From the IMG/VR virus record IMGVR_UViG_3300009566_000017, positions 1-53,222 of that record: a DNA stretch of 53,222 nucleotides; one strand, given 5' to 3'. The notes below the pieces were generated by a model. That model saw only the letters and a program-made list of their open reading frames with translations. It was not told where the DNA came from and searched no databases. Numbering within the stretch: the first letter of the stretch is position 1; each line of letters begins with the position of its first letter. Below are positions 43,357 to 52,885 of the stretch, in pieces. The translations under genes were made by a program, and so were the position numbers. Source of the stretch: a virus. Its lineage: Duplodnaviria > Caudoviricetes.

Positions 43357-43574
43357 CACCACCCATCGTCGAAAAGCTGGAACTCGCCATCGAAACCATC
43401 TGTGCGTGTATCCGAGAACTACCGGGAGACTACCGCTTCGACATTCGCAAGGACGGTACCATCCACCTCTGGGAATGGACCGACCACGGACGAACTGGCT
43501 GCAATGTCATCCCAGTAACAGATATTCAGTCCTTTATCGAGTACCTGAACGAGCACGCAATTCCGGCAAAGTAG
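43353..43574 (+). CDS. Hypothetical protein
   Basis: GAGGAG RBS, ATGA overlap. Confidence 0.55.
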   Translation: MTPPIVEKLELAIETICACIRELPGDYRFDIRKDGTIHLWEWTDHGRTGCNVIPVTDIQSFIEYLNEHAIPAK

Positions 43575-43608
43575 CTCACAACCACACACACAACAAGGAC
43601 AACACACA

Positions 43609-44169
43609 ATGGCGTTAGAGTGCAAATCCAATGGCAACGGAGGCGGCAAGGTCATTGCCGATGATGTCAGTGTCTACTCAGGCAAGATCGAAGACGTTGG
43701 CATCCTGAATGGCGTCCAGCCGGAAGGATGGAAAGAGCCGATCGAAATCGGCATACGTCTCTTTCTGGAACAGGGATCACTCTCCTTTCAGCCCGAGATC
43801 ATGATCTACGGCAGGGTCAAGCGCAACGAAGCCGGTGCAGTCGTGGACTGGGGAGGAGCATTCCCGGTGCGTGACGTCATCAACCAGATCGGCGGATACG
43901 ACGGCCCGATCGGTGAGAACCTCGAGCTGCCCACTGCGGCTCTGAAGCAGCTCATCGGAAAGACAGTGTACTACGTCCGGTACAAGACCAACCGCGCCAA
44001 GAACGACAACCCGAGCGAGTACTACAACACCACGTTCCGGGAAGTCGCACCGACGGAAGCGGCCATGACCGAAAAGTGGAAGAAGGCCAGAAGCAAGGGC
44101 TATCCCAAGGACTACTTCCATGCACCGCAGACACAGGCATCAGCATCGGTGCCGGGAGAGATCTTCTGA
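43609..44169 (+). CDS. Putative single-stranded DNA-binding protein
   Basis: Beta-rich 186 aa with LIGK motif and flexible tail ending EIF; synteny with the Sak4-like gene (inference). Confidence 0.45.
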   Translation: MALECKSNGNGGGKVIADDVSVYSGKIEDVGILNGVQPEGWKEPIEIGIRLFLEQGSLSFQPEIMIYGRVKRNEAGAVVDWGGAFPVRDVINQIGGYDGPIGENLELPTAALKQLIGKTVYYVRYKTNRAKNDNPSEYYNTTFREVAPTEAAMTEKWKKARSKGYPKDYFHAPQTQASASVPGEIF

Positions 44170-44501
44170 TGACACGCCTAACCACGATCGACATCATCGT
44201 GGAATGGCTCCGGACTCGTATGGGCCGAGTGATCGGCTCATACGAGATCGAGACGGCAATACCGAAGTACGCCATGCTGTTCCACCAGCATCCTGTCACA
44301 CCAGGTACGGTGAACAGGAAGTTCCGCATCCTTCGCAGTGACAACGACTTACAGGCCCGTTACGGCCTCATCATCACGGAAGAACCGCCAAATGGAAAGG
44401 AATCGAAATGGCGAGTGAGACCCTATACTACGAACTCGCCGTCGCAAGTTTCAGCAACAGAGCTATCTTCGTCCCAACAGACGAACTCAGAAGCCGCATA
44501 G
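44169..44501 (+). CDS. Putative winged-HTH DNA-binding protein
   Basis: TGATG-coupled; TPGTVNRKFRILR helix and ESKWRV wing; overlaps the primase start by 94 nt. Confidence 0.45.
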   Translation: MTRLTTIDIIVEWLRTRMGRVIGSYEIETAIPKYAMLFHQHPVTPGTVNRKFRILRSDNDLQARYGLIITEEPPNGKESKWRVRPYTTNSPSQVSATELSSSQQTNSEAA

Positions 44502-46204
44502 CAGACGCAGGCGAGCACGAGCTGTACCGGTCCATGTACATGTATGGATCGGAGATTCTTGAACACATGAAGATCAACAAGACGCGCAAGCATTTTGCTG
44601 GTCGCTACTACCTCGACACGATCATCTTTGACATCGACAAAGGAAAGGAATCCAACGAAGGGACGCTCCGCCGTGCACAGGAGTTGGTCCGCATGCTCTC
44701 CAACGAATGGTTGAACCAGGAGTGCATCTGGCCCTTCTTCTCCGGCAGGGGCTTTCACATCACCACACCGGATTTCTTTGGATTTCCACAGGGACGCAAC
44801 GATCTGCCTGACATCGTCGACGCGACATTGACTGCATACTTCCCGCACATCGACCCGATCTATGATGCTGGCAGGCTGATCCGCGTAGCCCACACTCGCA
44901 ACCAGAAGTCCGGCAAGTACAAGATACCCTTGACGCTCGACGAACTGTTCGGCATGAAGGCCGACGACATCGTTGAACTGGCCAAGGTCAAGCGCGTCAT
45001 CCCCGTGTCGCGCGAGACTCCAAACCAGATTCACACGGCCAAGATTATCGTTCCGAAAGAACAGCCCAAGAGCGTCATTCTCACCACATCCATGCAGGGC
45101 ACCGATGGCGCAGAGCTTCTGACAACCCAGCATCGCAAGAACACGGACATTGCCACTGTCGTACCGTGTGCTCAGAAGATGTTTGCAGAGGGAAGCTCTA
45201 CCACACACCGGCGTCCGCGTATCCTGCGCATCGCTTCTGCATGGCGCAGACAGGGCATCCCGGAACAGGCGACACTCGCCGCATGCATCCACCAGTTCAG
45301 CACGCTTGAACCGGCAGAGGTCCAGCGCGTTGTTGGAGAAGTGTACACGACGAACTATGAGTACAGCTGCCACGACGAATGGATGCAGCGGTACTGCGAC
45401 TCCAAGTGCAAGTTTGCAGCCAAGAAGAACTTCACGCTTGACGTCATGGATGCCGCAGCAATGGAGAAGCAGTTCACCGCATTCGTTCGCAGCCACTGGA
45501 ACGGCATGAAGCTCAGTCTCAACGATGTCTTCACGCTGCCGCAGCCGTTCAGCTTCTATCCCGGCGAATATGTCACGTTCATGGGAGACACCGGGCTGGG
45601 CAAGACGGCCTTCATCCAGAATCTCATGGTCAAGTGGAAGGTGCCCTCGCTCCTGTTCAGTCTCGAGACCAGCGCCACGCTGATGTACAGGCGGTTCGTC
45701 CAGATCGAGCACAACATGACCAAGGAACAGGTGATCGAGCATTACCAGTACAACGACAATCACCTGTCCAAGAACCTCCAGCACATCAAGATCGTCACCG
45801 TGAAACCGCAGCTCTCCGCCATCAAGGAGCTGATCACGACATCGGGGGCGCAGCTGATCGTGGTGGACGTCATCGACGCAATCGACGTGCCGTACAAGAA
45901 CGAGATGGACAAGCTCAAGGCCATCGCATCGGAGCTGTCAGCCTGGTCCCAACAGTACGACATCATCATCTTTGGTGTCAGCCACATCTCCAAGAAGGCG
46001 GCATATGGCGGCGCACTCGATGTACACTCGGCTTCTGGTCCGGGAACCATCGAACACAGAAGCGACAAAGTCATCACTATCGAAGGAGATCTGAAAGCCA
46101 ACTACCGCATCATACGCAGCCAGAAGGCGCGGGACGAGGCACCGTTCCAGCTTGCGACCGTGTACGATGTGAACACGTTCAGATTCGAACAGGTCACATT
46201 CTGA
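44408..46204 (+). CDS. Primase-helicase: AEP (primpol) domain, Cys-cluster domain and SF4 (DnaB-like) helicase
   Basis: FDID, FSGRGFH and IYDAGRLIR..HTRNQKSG (AEP); PC...SC..YC..KC; GDTGLGKT, FSLE, IVVD, VSH and QKAR (SF4). Confidence 0.88.
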   Translation: MASETLYYELAVASFSNRAIFVPTDELRSRIADAGEHELYRSMYMYGSEILEHMKINKTRKHFAGRYYLDTIIFDIDKGKESNEGTLRRAQELVRMLSNEWLNQECIWPFFSGRGFHITTPDFFGFPQGRNDLPDIVDATLTAYFPHIDPIYDAGRLIRVAHTRNQKSGKYKIPLTLDELFGMKADDIVELAKVKRVIPVSRETPNQIHTAKIIVPKEQPKSVILTTSMQGTDGAELLTTQHRKNTDIATVVPCAQKMFAEGSSTTHRRPRILRIASAWRRQGIPEQATLAACIHQFSTLEPAEVQRVVGEVYTTNYEYSCHDEWMQRYCDSKCKFAAKKNFTLDVMDAAAMEKQFTAFVRSHWNGMKLSLNDVFTLPQPFSFYPGEYVTFMGDTGLGKTAFIQNLMVKWKVPSLLFSLETSATLMYRRFVQIEHNMTKEQVIEHYQYNDNHLSKNLQHIKIVTVKPQLSAIKELITTSGAQLIVVDVIDAIDVPYKNEMDKLKAIASELSAWSQQYDIIIFGVSHISKKAAYGGALDVHSASGPGTIEHRSDKVITIEGDLKANYRIIRSQKARDEAPFQLATVYDVNTFRFEQVTF

Positions 46205-46208
46205 GGTC

Positions 46209-46604
46209 ATGATGAAATCCTTTCCAAAACGCACCGCAATACGCCGACCTCTGAGTCCTGGTACATGCAAGAAGTGCCACAAACCGATCTGGTGGGGTAG
46301 AATGGTCGAGACAGGCAAGTTCTACCCCCCGTTCACCGACAAACACGCAACCGACTGGCATAAATGCGACGCTACCAGCGCAGAAGCATCGGCTTCCGAT
46401 GAAGCGACTGCCAATGCGCTTCTCGCCAAACGGCAGCAAGATGCCTACGACGCCGCCAAAGAGCGCGACATCGAGACCGCCAAGCGTCGGGAAGCCAAGA
46501 AGACTCAGAAGCGCACGCTGGAAGCAATGGACCTCGACAACCTCATCCTCACAATCCAAACATGTACCACAAAACTACGGGCCTATGGCAGACCAACTGT
46601 TTGA
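46209..46604 (+). CDS. Zn-ribbon-containing hypothetical protein
   Basis: CKKC.KPIWW...H.C pattern. Confidence 0.55.
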   Translation: MMKSFPKRTAIRRPLSPGTCKKCHKPIWWGRMVETGKFYPPFTDKHATDWHKCDATSAEASASDEATANALLAKRQQDAYDAAKERDIETAKRREAKKTQKRTLEAMDLDNLILTIQTCTTKLRAYGRPTV

Positions 46605-47088
46605 CGTTCAGGAGAAGGAACCGCTGTTCCCCGACTGGACTGGACCTGAAACATTCCCCGTCACCGATTTTGGCGTGGCCATGCATCTGGGGCGCATCAA
46701 GCAGATCGACCATGAGATCGAACGCTTGAAGCAACAGCAGGCTGCCCAGGACGAATGGTTCCGCAATCGGTTCCTGAAGCTGGCGGAAGCGAGGGATCAC
46801 CATGAAGGGGAAACCTTTCGCACACTCAAAGAACTCGGGGAAAAGTCCTGTGCGACTCCACACGGGACGGCGACGATTCGCAAGAGCACGACGACAATCT
46901 GGCCCTCGGACGTTGAAGTGCTCGACTGGGTCAAGACGCAAGCGCCAGAAGTCAGACTGACTCTGCTCAAGACCAAGGAACAGCCCGACAAGACCGCCAT
47001 CAAGAATTACCTGGCAGCTGTCGGAGGCACGCTTCCGGGGTTCGAGGTCAAAGAGACAGAGACGCTTGCCATTCGGAAGGCGTCCTGA
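46585..47088 (+). CDS. Mu Gam-like / Siphovirus Gp157-like protein
   Basis: Coiled coil, then KS..TPHGT..IRK, KTKEQPDKTAIK and LPG. Confidence 0.65.
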   Translation: MADQLFDVQEKEPLFPDWTGPETFPVTDFGVAMHLGRIKQIDHEIERLKQQQAAQDEWFRNRFLKLAEARDHHEGETFRTLKELGEKSCATPHGTATIRKSTTTIWPSDVEVLDWVKTQAPEVRLTLLKTKEQPDKTAIKNYLAAVGGTLPGFEVKETETLAIRKAS

Positions 47089-47276
47089 TGTTCGTGACGG
47101 CACACACACCAAACCGGCGCTTCTACCAGATTCGCTTCTGGATCTTCACTGTAGCGCTCGCGTTACTCCAGCGCAACGGCATCCACATGCAGCTCGCCGT
47201 CGGACTGGCACCAACACATTATTCACTGGGAGTCGAATTCACATTCGGTCTCTCCACATGGAACAAGAAAGGATAA
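47088..47276 (+). CDS. Hypothetical protein
   Basis: TGATG-coupled; fills the operon. Confidence 0.4.
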   Translation: MFVTAHTPNRRFYQIRFWIFTVALALLQRNGIHMQLAVGLAPTHYSLGVEFTFGLSTWNKKG

Positions 47277-47279
47277 GTT

Positions 47280-47702
47280 ATGCATATCCACGATGCAAAT
47301 CGCCTGCTCTACACTCCCACAGCTATCACATTCTTCACCACCACTATGGACATGCTGAAAGAGACGCTCAAGCCCCAAAACGACGAAGTCTACACGCTGA
47401 TCGACTCCCTCGCAGTCGCCCTCAAGGGGGCAACCAAGGACACGATCCACAGCCGGTACCCGAATCTCACGGACGATGAATGCAAGAGTGCGGCAGCAGC
47501 CGTCATTGCCCTCACCTCTGGCTTCCTGATCGCCGACGTGTTCTCCCAGGTCGCCTCGCTGGTGAACATGGATGACACACAGATGGACGCCGCCAACGCT
47601 GCCTTCAAGGCCGCAGGCGCTTCTGGTCTGATGCGCGTCGCCAAGGCAAAGGTCCCGAAGGACGTGGCCGAAGACGTCATGGCCAATCAGGCAGCGGCCT
47701 GA
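47280..47702 (+). CDS. Hypothetical protein (140 aa)
   Basis: AAGGA RBS, strong codon bias. Confidence 0.65.
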   Translation: MHIHDANRLLYTPTAITFFTTTMDMLKETLKPQNDEVYTLIDSLAVALKGATKDTIHSRYPNLTDDECKSAAAAVIALTSGFLIADVFSQVASLVNMDDTQMDAANAAFKAAGASGLMRVAKAKVPKDVAEDVMANQAAA

Positions 47703-48067
47703 TGGGCGGACGCGGATCTCGCACCAAGGGATTCGGCTTCGAGCGCGAGGTCGTGCAGCAGTTCAGAGCTGCCAACCTCGCTGCTCGACGGTTCTGGGGT
47801 TCTGACGGACGTTCTGCCGGTTTCCCGGAAAAGGCCGATGTCGAGGCCGCCCGGAGAATCTGGCAGCTCAAACGCCTGAAGAAGCTCCCGGTACTGCTGA
47901 ACATCCCCGACGAAATCGACGGCTACATCTGCCGTCAGGACAACTCACCGGCAGTCGCTGTCGTGCGGCTGCAATTTCTGATCGACATACTCAAGGAGCT
48001 GGATGGAAACAGGATTATTCGAAACAGAGACAGCTCCGGCGACAACGGAGCTGCCAGCGATGGATGA
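47702..48067 (+). CDS. Holliday junction resolvase (Hjc-like PD-(D/E)XK)
   Basis: SRTKG..FERE, ARR..GS, AD and QLKR motifs. Confidence 0.75.
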   Translation: MGGRGSRTKGFGFEREVVQQFRAANLAARRFWGSDGRSAGFPEKADVEAARRIWQLKRLKKLPVLLNIPDEIDGYICRQDNSPAVAVVRLQFLIDILKELDGNRIIRNRDSSGDNGAASDG

Positions 48068-49202
48068 TTTGGAGAGCAAAACCGTTGTCGAATTGAAGTC
48101 TCTGGCTCGTCACCTGGGGCACCGGGGAACCAAGATCGACTATCTCTCCAAATCTCAGCTGATCACACTCATCACCACCAACAAGGTACCACCCACCATG
48201 TCCCAATCACCTGCAACAGATGCCCCGGCGATGCTGGCAACGGCAATCACCGCCCTGGTGCAGAGCCAGGGACTCGTCACCACAGACACGCTAAACAAGC
48301 AGATCGAAGAAGCTCTGTCCAAACAAACGATGAAGGCGGAGCTGCCGGAAGACGTACGTACCACCATCGAAGCACTCAACGATGCTACCGCCACGCTTAC
48401 CGCACGTGTGAAGGAGCTGAACGAGAAGCGCTCCATCGAACTGACCGTCAAGAAACTCGACGGTTCTACGCAACACCTCGGAGCAACACACAAGTCGTTC
48501 AAGGAGCTGTTCGACATTGCCAGTCTCAACCTCAACGAGAATATCCCTGCCAACCTGAACATCTGGCTGGTAGGGCCCGCTGGTACAGGCAAGACGACAG
48601 CCGCAGGACAACTGGCCAAGGCGCTCGATCTGCCTTTCTACTTCAACGGAGCCATCGACAGTGAATACAAACTCAGAGGGTTCGTCAACGCACAAGGTCA
48701 GATCGTGGCAACTGCGTTTCGGAAAGCATACATCGAAGGCGGAGTCTACCTGTTTGACGAGGTGGATTCCTCGCTTCCAGGTGCTCTTCTGGCGTTCAAT
48801 GCAGCCCTCGCAAACCACCACTATGATTTCCCTGACGGTGTTCACCCGCGTCACCCGAAGTTTATCTGTATTGCTGCGGCGAACACGTTCGGGCTGGGAG
48901 CTGATTTTCAGTACGTAGGACGCATGAAGCAGGACGCAGCCTTCCTTGACCGCTGGGTACAGCTCAAATGGCCCATCGACGAGGAGCTGGAACGGCAGCT
49001 TGCCGGAAACGACAAGTGGGTAGACTACGTCCAGAAGGTACGGAAGAAGGTTGCAGAGCACGGTATCCAGGTTGTCGTCTCTCCCCGTGCCAGCATCTTT
49101 GGCAGCATCCTTCTGGCCGCGAAGATCGACCGGGACAAGGTCATCGAGTACACGCTCCGAAAGTCCATGACGGAAGAACAATGGGAAACGGTCGAGCCAT
49201 GA
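48003..49202 (+). CDS. MoxR/CobS-like AAA+ ATPase
   Basis: GPAGTGKT, LFDEVD, AAANT.G.G, YVGR..QDAAFLDR and SPRA motifs. Confidence 0.88.
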   Translation: METGLFETETAPATTELPAMDDLESKTVVELKSLARHLGHRGTKIDYLSKSQLITLITTNKVPPTMSQSPATDAPAMLATAITALVQSQGLVTTDTLNKQIEEALSKQTMKAELPEDVRTTIEALNDATATLTARVKELNEKRSIELTVKKLDGSTQHLGATHKSFKELFDIASLNLNENIPANLNIWLVGPAGTGKTTAAGQLAKALDLPFYFNGAIDSEYKLRGFVNAQGQIVATAFRKAYIEGGVYLFDEVDSSLPGALLAFNAALANHHYDFPDGVHPRHPKFICIAAANTFGLGADFQYVGRMKQDAAFLDRWVQLKWPIDEELERQLAGNDKWVDYVQKVRKKVAEHGIQVVVSPRASIFGSILLAAKIDRDKVIEYTLRKSMTEEQWETVEP

Positions 49203-50083
49203 GCCAAGTCCGCAAACATCCCGTCCTCAGCAAGAACCTGATCGTGACCGGCGGGAAAGGCAACGACATCGTCGTGTTCGATACGGTCCCCCGGTTCATC
49301 GAGATGGTGGAAGAGAACGGCTACATGAGAAACGATCTCGACAGTTGGGCTGGCGACAGCAAAGAAACCGCACTGCGCTATTCCAGGATCGGCGACAAGC
49401 GCCTGGTGCCAGAAGCACAGAAGCGTGTGAACCAGCTTCAGGCCACGCTGCCCGACATGCAACCCACCTGGTCCCCGGATATTGCAGGGGATCAGGTGGT
49501 GGTGCCGGAGTTTCTTTCCGGCATCCCGGAACACATGCGCCGCAAGATTCCCAACGAGACGATCTCCAGCCCCCTGAAGGTTGTCTTCGACACCATGAGT
49601 TCGGCTGCCATCTCGGCACAGGCACTGAAAGACCGCGGCACAACAGTGCTCGCGCTGCTGATGCGCCTCATCATCGAGCGGCCGATCGAGTTCTGGATCG
49701 TCAACGCATACTCCACCGACCCCGAAGTAGGCATGATGATACGTGTGCCCACTACCCCGCTGAATCTGGGTATGGCCAGCTATCTGCTTACCAACGTGGC
49801 ATTTACCAGAAACTTCATGTACGAGACCATGGTACAAGCGTTGTCCTGGGATGGCACCTGGCCCTCCATCGCATTCAAGAATGCACACAGAAGCGGTCGT
49901 TATTCCTTGGACTTCGACACCGACGAGCATGTCGCAGAGCACACGCGCCAGTTCTTCGGACTGAAGGACACGGATCTTGTCATCCCTATTGCCATTCACA
50001 AGAGCTACACAGACATGTGGCAGCATCCCGTGAAGTGGATCAACGAACGGCTTCAGGAGTGCAGAAACTATGAAATCGCATGA
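49199..50083 (+). CDS. VWA-like partner of the AAA ATPase
   Basis: DIAG...VPEFLSGIPEHM and FDTMSS (MIDAS-like); ATGA-coupled to the ATPase. Confidence 0.6.
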   Translation: MSQVRKHPVLSKNLIVTGGKGNDIVVFDTVPRFIEMVEENGYMRNDLDSWAGDSKETALRYSRIGDKRLVPEAQKRVNQLQATLPDMQPTWSPDIAGDQVVVPEFLSGIPEHMRRKIPNETISSPLKVVFDTMSSAAISAQALKDRGTTVLALLMRLIIERPIEFWIVNAYSTDPEVGMMIRVPTTPLNLGMASYLLTNVAFTRNFMYETMVQALSWDGTWPSIAFKNAHRSGRYSLDFDTDEHVAEHTRQFFGLKDTDLVIPIAIHKSYTDMWQHPVKWINERLQECRNYEIA

Positions 50084-50207
50084 CGACACGCTGTTCAAGA
50101 CACTCCAGATCCTTGGCTGGATAGGCATAGCGGCAACCGCATTGGCATTCCTGCTCTGGATCTTTGGTACCCTACTGATCTTCGTCTACATCATCATGAA
50201 AGGATAG
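50070..50207 (+). CDS. Small membrane protein (45 aa), not in the ORF track
   Basis: AGGAG RBS; ILGWIGIAATALAFLLWIFGTLLIFVYII. Confidence 0.5.
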   Translation: MKSHDDTLFKTLQILGWIGIAATALAFLLWIFGTLLIFVYIIMKG

Positions 50208-50210
50208 TAT

Positions 50211-50750
50211 ATGTCATTTCCATCCATCGAACAGCTGCAAGAAGAATCGAAGAACCCGCCTCAAACACCCAAGAAGCTCACGCAGGTGCAGCAGAAGTGG
50301 GCACTCAAACGCATCGCAGCCATTCTGGATGCCAAGGAATCGCTGCTGCACAAAGAACGCGAGGCACAACTCGAACATGAGGACGATTTCGCAGAACGTC
50401 TCATCGCGGACTGGCTGAAACAGCATCCAGAAGTGATCGCATCCACCATCGACGCCATCGTTGCCAATCCCTCCATCCTGAATCTTGCATCCTGGCGTCC
50501 CTGGGAAGACGATGTCGACATCCCCGTCCGCAGCAAGGAGCTGAATGCTTTCAGACAAGCGCAGGCAAAAGAACGGGAAGAGATGAAGCAGACCATCGAG
50601 CGTCAGCACAAGATCTTTCTCCACAATCTGCGCACAGAAGCCGACGGTCTGCGCGATGCTATCGTCTTCATGGGTGCACCCGAAGTGCTGGCATTGATCC
50701 AGCAGTTCGAAGCATCCGACGTGCCTGCTTTCGTCAAAGACGCGGCATGA
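50211..50750 (+). CDS. Hypothetical helical protein (179 aa)
   Basis: AAGGA RBS, codon bias. Confidence 0.65.
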   Translation: MSFPSIEQLQEESKNPPQTPKKLTQVQQKWALKRIAAILDAKESLLHKEREAQLEHEDDFAERLIADWLKQHPEVIASTIDAIVANPSILNLASWRPWEDDVDIPVRSKELNAFRQAQAKEREEMKQTIERQHKIFLHNLRTEADGLRDAIVFMGAPEVLALIQQFEASDVPAFVKDAA

Positions 50751-50753
50751 CCT

Positions 50754-51047
50754 ATGGCCGCAAAGAAAGCGAAGTACGTCGGCAACTGTACTACACTTCC
50801 GGGCGAACACGTCGAGAAAATGGTGGACCAGGCAAAACCGATCGAGTACGAATACTTTCTGCGCGTTGTCAGTCGTGAAGACCTGAAGCAGCTCTTTCCG
50901 CGCTACAGGTGGCATCGTGGATGGGATACAGGGCTGCGCCTGAAGGATGACTGGGCAGTACGGTTCTACTCCAGCACATTCAAGGGCAAGCCCTGCGTCT
51001 TCATCGACCACAGCGCCATCGAATACGTGTTTGTCTGCACCAACTAA
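50754..51047 (+). CDS. Hypothetical protein (97 aa)
   Basis: Globular-looking ORF ending HSAIEYVF; in operon. Confidence 0.65.
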   Translation: MAAKKAKYVGNCTTLPGEHVEKMVDQAKPIEYEYFLRVVSREDLKQLFPRYRWHRGWDTGLRLKDDWAVRFYSSTFKGKPCVFIDHSAIEYVFVCTN

Positions 51048-51061
51048 CCCAAGGAACTCAT

Positions 51062-51298
51062 ATGACCACAACCAAACGGCAACTCTCGCGGCTCGCTCAG
51101 ATCATACGACTGGTAGACAAATTGGATGATCTGCGGCCAGATCGCTCGTTTCATTCGATTCGTCTCTACGGTGACGGTTCTGGCGAGGTGGTTTCCGGTT
51201 GCTATCACGAAACACGGCTGGCCAACTTCAACACCGTTTCGGAAGCACTCGCTGCATTGAAGCAGCTGGTCGCAGCAGAAAGGAAGAAGGCGACGTGA
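51062..51298 (+). CDS. Hypothetical protein
   Basis: AAGGA RBS. Confidence 0.55.
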   Translation: MTTTKRQLSRLAQIIRLVDKLDDLRPDRSFHSIRLYGDGSGEVVSGCYHETRLANFNTVSEALAALKQLVAAERKKAT

Positions 51299-51492
51299 GA
51301 CAAACAGACAATGACCCGATTACCCTGAGCCAACAGATCGCGGAACTCGAGGACCAGCTGGAAGATTACAAGGACACCGTCAGGGCGCTTGAACAGCAGA
51401 ACGAAGAACTGAAGATCCAGGTACGCGACGCCAAGCACGTCTTCGATCACCTGTCGTACATGTGCGCTGATATGTTGAGGAACTTGTCGTGA
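51295..51492 (+). CDS. Coiled-coil hypothetical protein
   Basis: GTGA overlap start; heptads. Confidence 0.5.
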   Translation: MRQTDNDPITLSQQIAELEDQLEDYKDTVRALEQQNEELKIQVRDAKHVFDHLSYMCADMLRNLS

Positions 51493-51707
51493 CTGGAAAG
51501 GATCCCTGCATGAAAATCATCCCATATCAAGAGATCGAAAACTGTGTGTACTGTCCCTATTACTCCACCAAAGACTACGAGGATCCATACTGTGGACACG
51601 ACTCCGGCAACCGGTGCTTCACAGACACTGAACTGGACGCCATGGACAATGCCCCCGACGAGAGATTCGTACCCGATTGGTGCACACTCGAAGAGGTTGG
51701 TAAATGA
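51489..51707 (+). CDS. Cys-rich hypothetical protein
   Basis: CVYCPY...YC...PDWCTL pattern common in small phage proteins. Confidence 0.6.
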   Translation: MTGKDPCMKIIPYQEIENCVYCPYYSTKDYEDPYCGHDSGNRCFTDTELDAMDNAPDERFVPDWCTLEEVGK

Positions 51708-51892
51708 GTAACCCCTGGTGGTACGAGATCCCAGAAGACAAGCTGGTCAGAGAGATCGCGACGTATCGTGCTACACCAGCGGGAGGAGCTGATGCCCGCA
51801 CCGATACCGAGCTGAGACCATACGCTGTTAACACGATCATCGCTCGGGAAGCACCAACACTTGCCCGCCTCTCCCGAAAGGAGGAGAAGTAA
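51704..51892 (+). CDS. Hypothetical protein
   Basis: GAGG RBS, ATGA overlap. Confidence 0.5.
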   Translation: MSNPWWYEIPEDKLVREIATYRATPAGGADARTDTELRPYAVNTIIAREAPTLARLSRKEEK

Positions 51893-51893
51893 C

Positions 51894-52034
51894 ATGACGT
51901 GGTATGGAGTAGCACTTGTGATCGTGGCAGTGGTGAGTACTCCACTTGCAACGGTCTGGCTATGGCTCTGGATCTTGGGGTGGCTGGACAAACAAGAGGA
52001 AAGGAACGACAATGGACATAGACGCACACATTGA
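51894..52034 (+). CDS. Small membrane protein (46 aa), not in the ORF track
   Basis: AGGAGGAG RBS; WYGVALVIVAVVSTPLATVWLWLWILGWL. Confidence 0.5.
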   Translation: MTWYGVALVIVAVVSTPLATVWLWLWILGWLDKQEERNDNGHRRTH

Positions 52035-52194
52035 CTTCACACATCCGATGAGGGAACAGCCGCCCCGAGAACCAATGATCACCATGACGGTTCGGCAAAG
52101 AGACTACTATCTCTACCGGATCAAAGAGCTTGAAGCTGAAACTGCGATGCTCAAGGCACGAATCAAGAAGATGGGCACACACGATGACACCTAA
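52012..52194 (+). CDS. Hypothetical protein
   Basis: AAGGA RBS before ATG 52012. Confidence 0.5.
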   Translation: MDIDAHIDFTHPMREQPPREPMITMTVRQRDYYLYRIKELEAETAMLKARIKKMGTHDDT

Positions 52195-52387
52195 CCAGAC
52201 AAGCCGTATGAAGCACAAACCGGGAACCCGCTATCGGATCGTTCTGCGCCGCACCAAGCCCAAAGACGAGAAGCTCTACTGGAGCAACCAGGACGGATGG
52301 GTGGAATCGAAGGGCGCCACAGTATTCACCGCAGCAGAACGCAAACGCTACGGGTTACCTATCAACGGAGAATGGGAGGCAGTATGA
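52184..52387 (+). CDS. Hypothetical protein
   Basis: LYWSNQDGW...ATVFT..E...LP..GEW pattern. Confidence 0.55.
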   Translation: MTPNQTSRMKHKPGTRYRIVLRRTKPKDEKLYWSNQDGWVESKGATVFTAAERKRYGLPINGEWEAV

Positions 52388-52542
52388 AAGTCAAACAGCT
52401 CGTACCGATACCCGACGCCAAGCCGATGGACAAGCATCCCAACTGCTGGGTCATACCATCACGCTACTTCGTCGATGGTGTTTCGTGGAAGGACGGTATC
52501 CCGCATCACTGGATTGACGTAGAGGAGCCAGAAGCCGCATGA
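52384..52542 (+). CDS. Hypothetical protein
   Basis: GGAGG RBS, ATGA overlaps. Confidence 0.5.
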   Translation: MKVKQLVPIPDAKPMDKHPNCWVIPSRYFVDGVSWKDGIPHHWIDVEEPEAA

Positions 52543-52754
52543 CGCTCAAAGATCTGTTGCAATATGTGGATGCACAACGGCTGGAATCTTCGGAGGAGAC
52601 AATCCCTCTGAGCATGGCGCTGACCAGCCAGGTTCACATCACCGACAAAGCCGACTTCCAATACGACTCGTTGGTGCATTCGGTGACAAGGATCGAAGTC
52701 AAGGATGGCGCCCTGCGTCTTATCAGCGACATCGAGATCGGACAGGACGTGTAG
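52539..52754 (+). CDS. Hypothetical acidic protein
   Basis: GAGGAG RBS, ATGA overlap. Confidence 0.55.
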   Translation: MTLKDLLQYVDAQRLESSEETIPLSMALTSQVHITDKADFQYDSLVHSVTRIEVKDGALRLISDIEIGQDV

Positions 52755-52801
52755 TTCACTGCTGATCAGCCCGCCCCTTATCCTACCGACCGCCCTACCC
52801 C

Positions 52802-52843
52802 AGACCGTCGCCACTCCGTCAGGAGTGGGGCGGTCTTTTTTTT
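52802..52843 (+). terminator. Intrinsic terminator ending the rightward operon
   Basis: GACCGTCGCCACTCC-GTCA-GGAGTGGGGCGGTC followed by T8. Confidence 0.85.
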
Positions 52844-52849
52844 GCCCAC

Positions 52850-52878
52850 TTGACATTTGTACGGGATCTTCCTACACT
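52850..52878 (+). promoter_or_regulatory. Sigma70-like promoter
   Basis: TTGACA-17-TACACT. Confidence 0.75.
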
Positions 52879-52885
52879 CTCATCC

